A stretch of 64,000 nucleotides of DNA from a virus (taxonomy: Duplodnaviria > Caudoviricetes): positions 96,001 to 160,000 of the IMG/VR virus record IMGVR_UViG_3300013121_000027. One strand, given 5' to 3'. The notes beneath the pieces were generated by a model that saw nothing but the letters and a program-made list of their open reading frames with translations, did not search any database and had not been told where the DNA came from. The position numbers and the translations under genes were made by a program. This document shows positions 59,815 through 64,000 of this stretch, one piece after another (position 1 is the first letter of the stretch; every line of letters begins with the position of its first letter).

Positions 59815-60174
59815 TTAAAGTCCTAACAAATAATTAGGCAATCCTATATTGGCTTGTGTTTGTTTAGAATAATCATATTGGCTATACTTGTGATTATAGT
59901 AGTGGGTAATTAGCGGTTGAGAAATGTTATTGTTTTTAAATACAACCCAACATTCTCTTCCCGGTGATGGTGCCACCGTTTGAATTCCAAGCTGGACAGG
60001 ACACATAACTCCATTTAATATATCCTCAATCACATCCGTGTTCTCCCCAGATATCAAAACTGTTGCCGTATTGTCTATAGCATTGTAAGAGGCTATAACA
60101 CCCAATCTGCCCGCAAGATTTTGTTGTCTTCCCGTTGCAAATGCATCTTGGATTTGTTGTTCTATTTTAGACAT
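59815..60174 (-). CDS. baseplate spike OB-fold-like protein (start corrected to MSKIEQ)
   Basis: GVIASYNAIDNTATV...P.PGRECWVVF.NN is typical of gpV-like OB folds. Confidence 0.65.
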   Translation of the reverse strand: MSKIEQQIQDAFATGRQQNLAGRLGVIASYNAIDNTATVLISGENTDVIEDILNGVMCPVQLGIQTVAPSPGRECWVVFKNNNISQPLITHYYNHKYSQYDYSKQTQANIGLPNYLLGL

Positions 60175-60182
60175 AATTATCC

Positions 60183-61910
60183 TTATACTGGCGTTGGACC
60201 TCTTGGGTTGGGTCTTGGTGGAGTTGGGGCGGGAGTTGGTGATGGCGCTGGCACGTTGGGGGGTGTGGTAGAATTTCCTGTGGAGGTTGGATCTCGCAAT
60301 ACAGACATAAGTGTGCCTGCGGCGGATCTTAAAAACCCGCAATGTATGTGAGTAGGATTAACGTCCTTATGTAATTTATAATTATTTGGATACGTATATT
60401 CATACGGTCCAGCTATAAAAGATGGTCTTGATGTCGTTGAAAATGTTGACAAGTATGTGAATAATTTATCCGCAACACGCCTCCAATTTTTTTGATCTGC
60501 AGACCACAAATACGCAGTGCCCTCAGATGCCAACCCAATTTTACCTATATCAATAGCACCACCATATAGATGATTTTCTCCTTCAGATGCGGAATCCTCA
60601 GCAAGACCTCTAAATGATGATAAATACATATCTAAAATAAATCCACCTTCAAGAATAACCCACAAATAGTTAAGAAGAGAAGGGAATAAGAATGCCCTAT
60701 CTCCCTCTCTAAAAAGGGCTCCTGGTTCAGAAGTAATAACACCTTTAGTCATAAGGGCTTGAAAGTTATGAACATAACGTAATAAATCTACTTCATTTTG
60801 CGTCTTACCGGTCCATCCTCTATCTTGACCCATTAAACAATTAGGATGATTTAATATTTTTTGTCCGGCATACTTGATATCAGCTATAGAATCTGTACCG
60901 CCCCCAGCAGTGGACGGGAGACCTTCACTCGCAGCTCCAGCTGGAGGCATAAAGGGACCGACTGGTGTGTCATCTGGCATGAATCCAAGAATAACTTCTG
61001 CTCCATGATTAGTGCCAAGATAAGTATGTGTATCTGCCGTATTACCACAAATCCATGAATTACCAGTGCCATCGGTATCATTATGATAAGGGCGAGGACC
61101 CCAGTCTCCAGGAGTACATACGACACCTTTTTTGGTTTCTACGCTATAAACTAAAATCTTAGTTTTCCAATAGTCAGCTTTAGTTACCGCTTCACTTTGA
61201 TCAGCTATATCATTACGTCCGGCTTTTCTATAATCGGCTTGGGGAGCGCCTTTAAATGGCCAAGCCATAGCCATATAGTACTGTTCGGAAACCGGATCCA
61301 TTAATCCCCAAGCCCCACCTGTTCCTGCGACATTCGCATTATCGGGATTTTCTCCAGCGTTTTTACCATCTGGACGCATCATATAAAGAGGATGTTGATG
61401 CTCTGGTATTATACCCTGTAATTGTTGGTGTTGGGCGATATCCGTTTGCAGATTATCAGAAGTGGCAAGGTGCATTTCAATAGTTGAAAACCCCCTTGAT
61501 TTCCATATAAATCCCTTACCATTTGGAGCTACTTTAGGTAAACTAACGACATAACTTTCTTTTATTGTGCCATCGCCCTCAAAAGGACTATCCCCTCCAC
61601 CTAAAGCCGAATGTATTTTTCCTGACCCATAAGAAGATAGGCTATCGGCGCCGACCCCATAAAGACCTACAAGATCTTGAGTTGCTGCCTTATTTAATAC
61701 TAACAATTGATCTGATGGATCTTTAACGGCAAAAGTACCCTGCATGATATCAGATACATCATATGTTGTTGCGCCATAGGTTTGCTGCCCACTAATGGAT
61801 GCGGTAGTCTTAATTGGACCGCTAGCGTAGGATTGATTCTCGTTTGCGAATGTTCCAACGGAACCGTCATCCATCAAATTTGCTTGTGTGGGCGTAGGAA
61901 AATTACCCAT
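60183..61910 (-). CDS. tail-associated cell-wall hydrolase (DPBB/RlpA-like plus M15-like domains, Pro-rich tail)
   Basis: YYMAMAWP...ILVYS...GVVCTPGDWGP is DPBB-like. NHLYGGAIDIG...HIHCGF is M15-like. Confidence 0.65.
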   Translation of the reverse strand: MGNFPTPTQANLMDDGSVGTFANENQSYASGPIKTTASISGQQTYGATTYDVSDIMQGTFAVKDPSDQLLVLNKAATQDLVGLYGVGADSLSSYGSGKIHSALGGGDSPFEGDGTIKESYVVSLPKVAPNGKGFIWKSRGFSTIEMHLATSDNLQTDIAQHQQLQGIIPEHQHPLYMMRPDGKNAGENPDNANVAGTGGAWGLMDPVSEQYYMAMAWPFKGAPQADYRKAGRNDIADQSEAVTKADYWKTKILVYSVETKKGVVCTPGDWGPRPYHNDTDGTGNSWICGNTADTHTYLGTNHGAEVILGFMPDDTPVGPFMPPAGAASEGLPSTAGGGTDSIADIKYAGQKILNHPNCLMGQDRGWTGKTQNEVDLLRYVHNFQALMTKGVITSEPGALFREGDRAFLFPSLLNYLWVILEGGFILDMYLSSFRGLAEDSASEGENHLYGGAIDIGKIGLASEGTAYLWSADQKNWRRVADKLFTYLSTFSTTSRPSFIAGPYEYTYPNNYKLHKDVNPTHIHCGFLRSAAGTLMSVLRDPTSTGNSTTPPNVPAPSPTPAPTPPRPNPRGPTPV

Positions 61911-64000
61911 TTAATTTCCTCCATTCTCAGGGAGTTGATTTGTTGCGTCATTACGCCAATTATTATTCCAAATAGAGTCTTTCATTTCCACATTACCATA
62001 ACCAGTCATAACCATTTCCCAGTTAACCGTATATGGTCTACCATCTGGTAAATATTGATCAAAAGAAATGGGTGGATATTGGCTCGCATACCCCTTTAGG
62101 ATATTTAATGCTTGACCAGACTCAGTGCCAAGTGGAACATTATTAAAAACTAATCCCACATATCTATCAAAGGATTTTAAGTGCCTCTTGTCGAATCTTA
62201 TGGCTACTTTTCTATTTTCTGGATTCGCAAATTTATTACGCAGATACTGCAAAGCCATTTTTCCCAAATCGTTATCTGGAATAAAATCAGTTTCATCAAT
62301 TGATGTATACGGCTTATCGTGATATTGCAATTCGTAAGTGTTGACTATATTCATTCTTACCTTAACTACATTACCAGCTGAGAAAAATCCTCCACCATCA
62401 ACTATCTTAACGTTAAGAGTGTCACCGTCTTCAACTCCAATCCACTGCTGCCCATCGATAGTTTCTCCTTCGGATCCAATTATGATACCGGTAGCAACAA
62501 TGTAATTCTCATTTGCCACATCTTGAACGTCTCTACCAGCAATTTTAAGAATGTTTGCATTTACTTGATTAACAAACCAAGAGGTATCTCTATAGAGAGA
62601 TACAGTCTCTACTTCAGACCATCCTAATGCCCCAAGTAAATCATTCGTGGTGATTCTAAAATGTCCATTCTCCATTACATTAACCATTCCAGAACCGACA
62701 CCCATTACTGACGGAAGTAATTTGATAGTATGATTTGTGCCAACCGCAACACCTTGATAGTAACCTAATCCAGCATCCATTGGTTGCCCATCTTTGTTAA
62801 GATACTGAATATATAATCCATGTTGATCTATTAGATTTTCTTTGACCCATTCCCACCCTTTCCAAATAAGATCCCCAACAGCCCAACCGGCAGTGGCGCC
62901 GACTATAGTTCCGCCGCCAGGCTCAATAAGCGTACCAATTGCAGCACCGCCAACCGTTAATCCGGCAGTAGCAAGGGCTAAACCTATATCAAGTTTTGCA
63001 GCTTGATTCATTGCTTCGTCTCTCGCGGATAGACCTTTTATACCTTCAGCCGCAAATACGGCACCAAGATCTCTAATAACAGCGGTGTTACCATGGGTAT
63101 ATTGCCATGATCCATGGATCTGTGTGCTCATATTCTTATAGATATCATCTGTAGTGATAGATTCTGTAGCATGAGCTATTGCTCTATCTGTAGTAATGCC
63201 TAAGTAAGCACGCATGTCATCCCTAAGATTATAATTAGACATTTTAGCCCAAGCATAAGAGAGAAGGGAATATCTTACTGGATCATTAACTGAAATAAGT
63301 GGATTGGGGGTTATTGCGGTAACAAAACCGGTTTCTGGAGTAAAGTGATGAATCACTCTTTGAGCTTCAACTACGCCATACATTCTTTCATAGACATCAG
63401 CTATGTAAACCAGGTCAAACGGTCTTATATCGGGATCCCCAATAATGAGAAGCTCACCTTGATAAATTTGCTTTAGACTTTCCCTTAGATGATAAAGGGC
63501 AACTCTTCTTGCAGAAAGTTCATCAGATGATCCTGTAGAAATTTTAGCAACAGCCCTCAAAGATTCTATTGGATGCATGAGAGGTTGTAAAAACCCGAAA
63601 AATCCATTTCCAACCGCGTTATCCCAAAGTAATCCAGTTTCAACAGTTTTTTCCACTTGCCTTTCTGGTGAAACGCCTTTATCGAAGTGGACGGTTACAG
63701 GATGTTTACCACTGGTCGTCGCCGTTATAACGGTTGCAACGCCCTGTAGGTTTTCTTTAATTCCGTTGCTAAGGATGTTATCAAACGAGCTTGTGTAATG
63801 AATTCTTTGAAATGGCTCTCTTATTTCTATAACCGGTTCGCCATATTCTCTGGTGAATGGATTATCAACAAGCCTCAAAATGTCATCTTGATTTGTGCCA
63901 AGTTTATAATATATAGAATCATTTAACGATGCATTTAAAATATTTGCTTGTTTTTGATATGTTCCGCTCATGCTAAGAGCATTGCCGACTTGGGTAAGGG
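61911..64000 (-). CDS. baseplate hub-like tail protein with a glycine zipper and a C-terminal SNase domain (5' partial)
   Basis: The frame is open to the window edge. GELLIIGDPDIRPFD...VIHHFTPETGFVTAI is hub-like. GVEDGDTL...VRMNIVNTYE...FDRYVG...VNWEMV is SNase-like. Confidence 0.7.
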   Translation of the reverse strand, partial: LTQVGNALSMSGTYQKQANILNASLNDSIYYKLGTNQDDILRLVDNPFTREYGEPVIEIREPFQRIHYTSSFDNILSNGIKENLQGVATVITATTSGKHPVTVHFDKGVSPERQVEKTVETGLLWDNAVGNGFFGFLQPLMHPIESLRAVAKISTGSSDELSARRVALYHLRESLKQIYQGELLIIGDPDIRPFDLVYIADVYERMYGVVEAQRVIHHFTPETGFVTAITPNPLISVNDPVRYSLLSYAWAKMSNYNLRDDMRAYLGITTDRAIAHATESITTDDIYKNMSTQIHGSWQYTHGNTAVIRDLGAVFAAEGIKGLSARDEAMNQAAKLDIGLALATAGLTVGGAAIGTLIEPGGGTIVGATAGWAVGDLIWKGWEWVKENLIDQHGLYIQYLNKDGQPMDAGLGYYQGVAVGTNHTIKLLPSVMGVGSGMVNVMENGHFRITTNDLLGALGWSEVETVSLYRDTSWFVNQVNANILKIAGRDVQDVANENYIVATGIIIGSEGETIDGQQWIGVEDGDTLNVKIVDGGGFFSAGNVVKVRMNIVNTYELQYHDKPYTSIDETDFIPDNDLGKMALQYLRNKFANPENRKVAIRFDKRHLKSFDRYVGLVFNNVPLGTESGQALNILKGYASQYPPISFDQYLPDGRPYTVNWEMVMTGYGNVEMKDSIWNNNWRNDATNQLPENGGN

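Noticed and set aside
60175-60342. N-terminal extension of ORF 59815-60342
   Set aside because: It overlaps the Pro-rich end of the upstream gene in another frame. The RBS-preceded ATG at 60174 is the better start.
10591-63798. Numerous short + strand ORFs in the track, opposite long - strand genes
   Set aside because: They are antisense shadows of real genes, with no recognisable motifs.
1-64000. CRISPR array or cas operon, suggested by the Cas4-like genes
   Set aside because: No repeat-spacer array or other cas genes were seen. Stand-alone Cas4-like nucleases are common in phages.
1-64000. Stop-codon reassignment (alternative genetic code)
   Set aside because: Long genes (dnaE, nrdJ, the 2109-aa protein) are intact under the standard code, and TAA, TAG and TGA all end genes with tight packing.

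Overview
A 64 kb, AT-rich, gene-dense segment of a large contractile-tailed (myovirus-like, probably jumbo) bacteriophage genome. The standard genetic code gives contiguous ORFs. Layout from left to right: (1) 1-3.2 kb, + strand: an HNH endonuclease, tRNA-Asp(GTC), small hypothetical genes and an oligoribonuclease-like exonuclease. (2) 3.4-6 kb, - strand: a lysis module with an amidase, holin-like membrane proteins and an M15 peptidase. (3) A dNMP kinase, a phage sigma factor and several PD-(D/E)XK nucleases. (4) A replication module with DnaE, an AEP primase fused to a PriL-like Fe-S domain, DnaB helicase, MazG and an HD hydrolase. (5) A glycosylation island with five glycosyltransferases (including a GT17), two or three SAM methyltransferases and an NDP-sugar 4,6-dehydratase. 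(6) A Dam-type methylase, a LAGLIDADG endonuclease, thyX and a class II ribonucleotide reductase. (7) 38-64 kb: a baseplate/tail structural module. The most striking unexplained signal is a 1507-aa virion protein (53367-57890) with 17 dispersed Ala-Thr-Pro tripeptides, encoded by varied codons at the five sites checked. Together with the glycosyltransferase island, this suggests a phage-encoded, sequon-directed modification of virion proteins, probably O-glycosylation. All assignments come from motif recognition by eye; no database searches were run.
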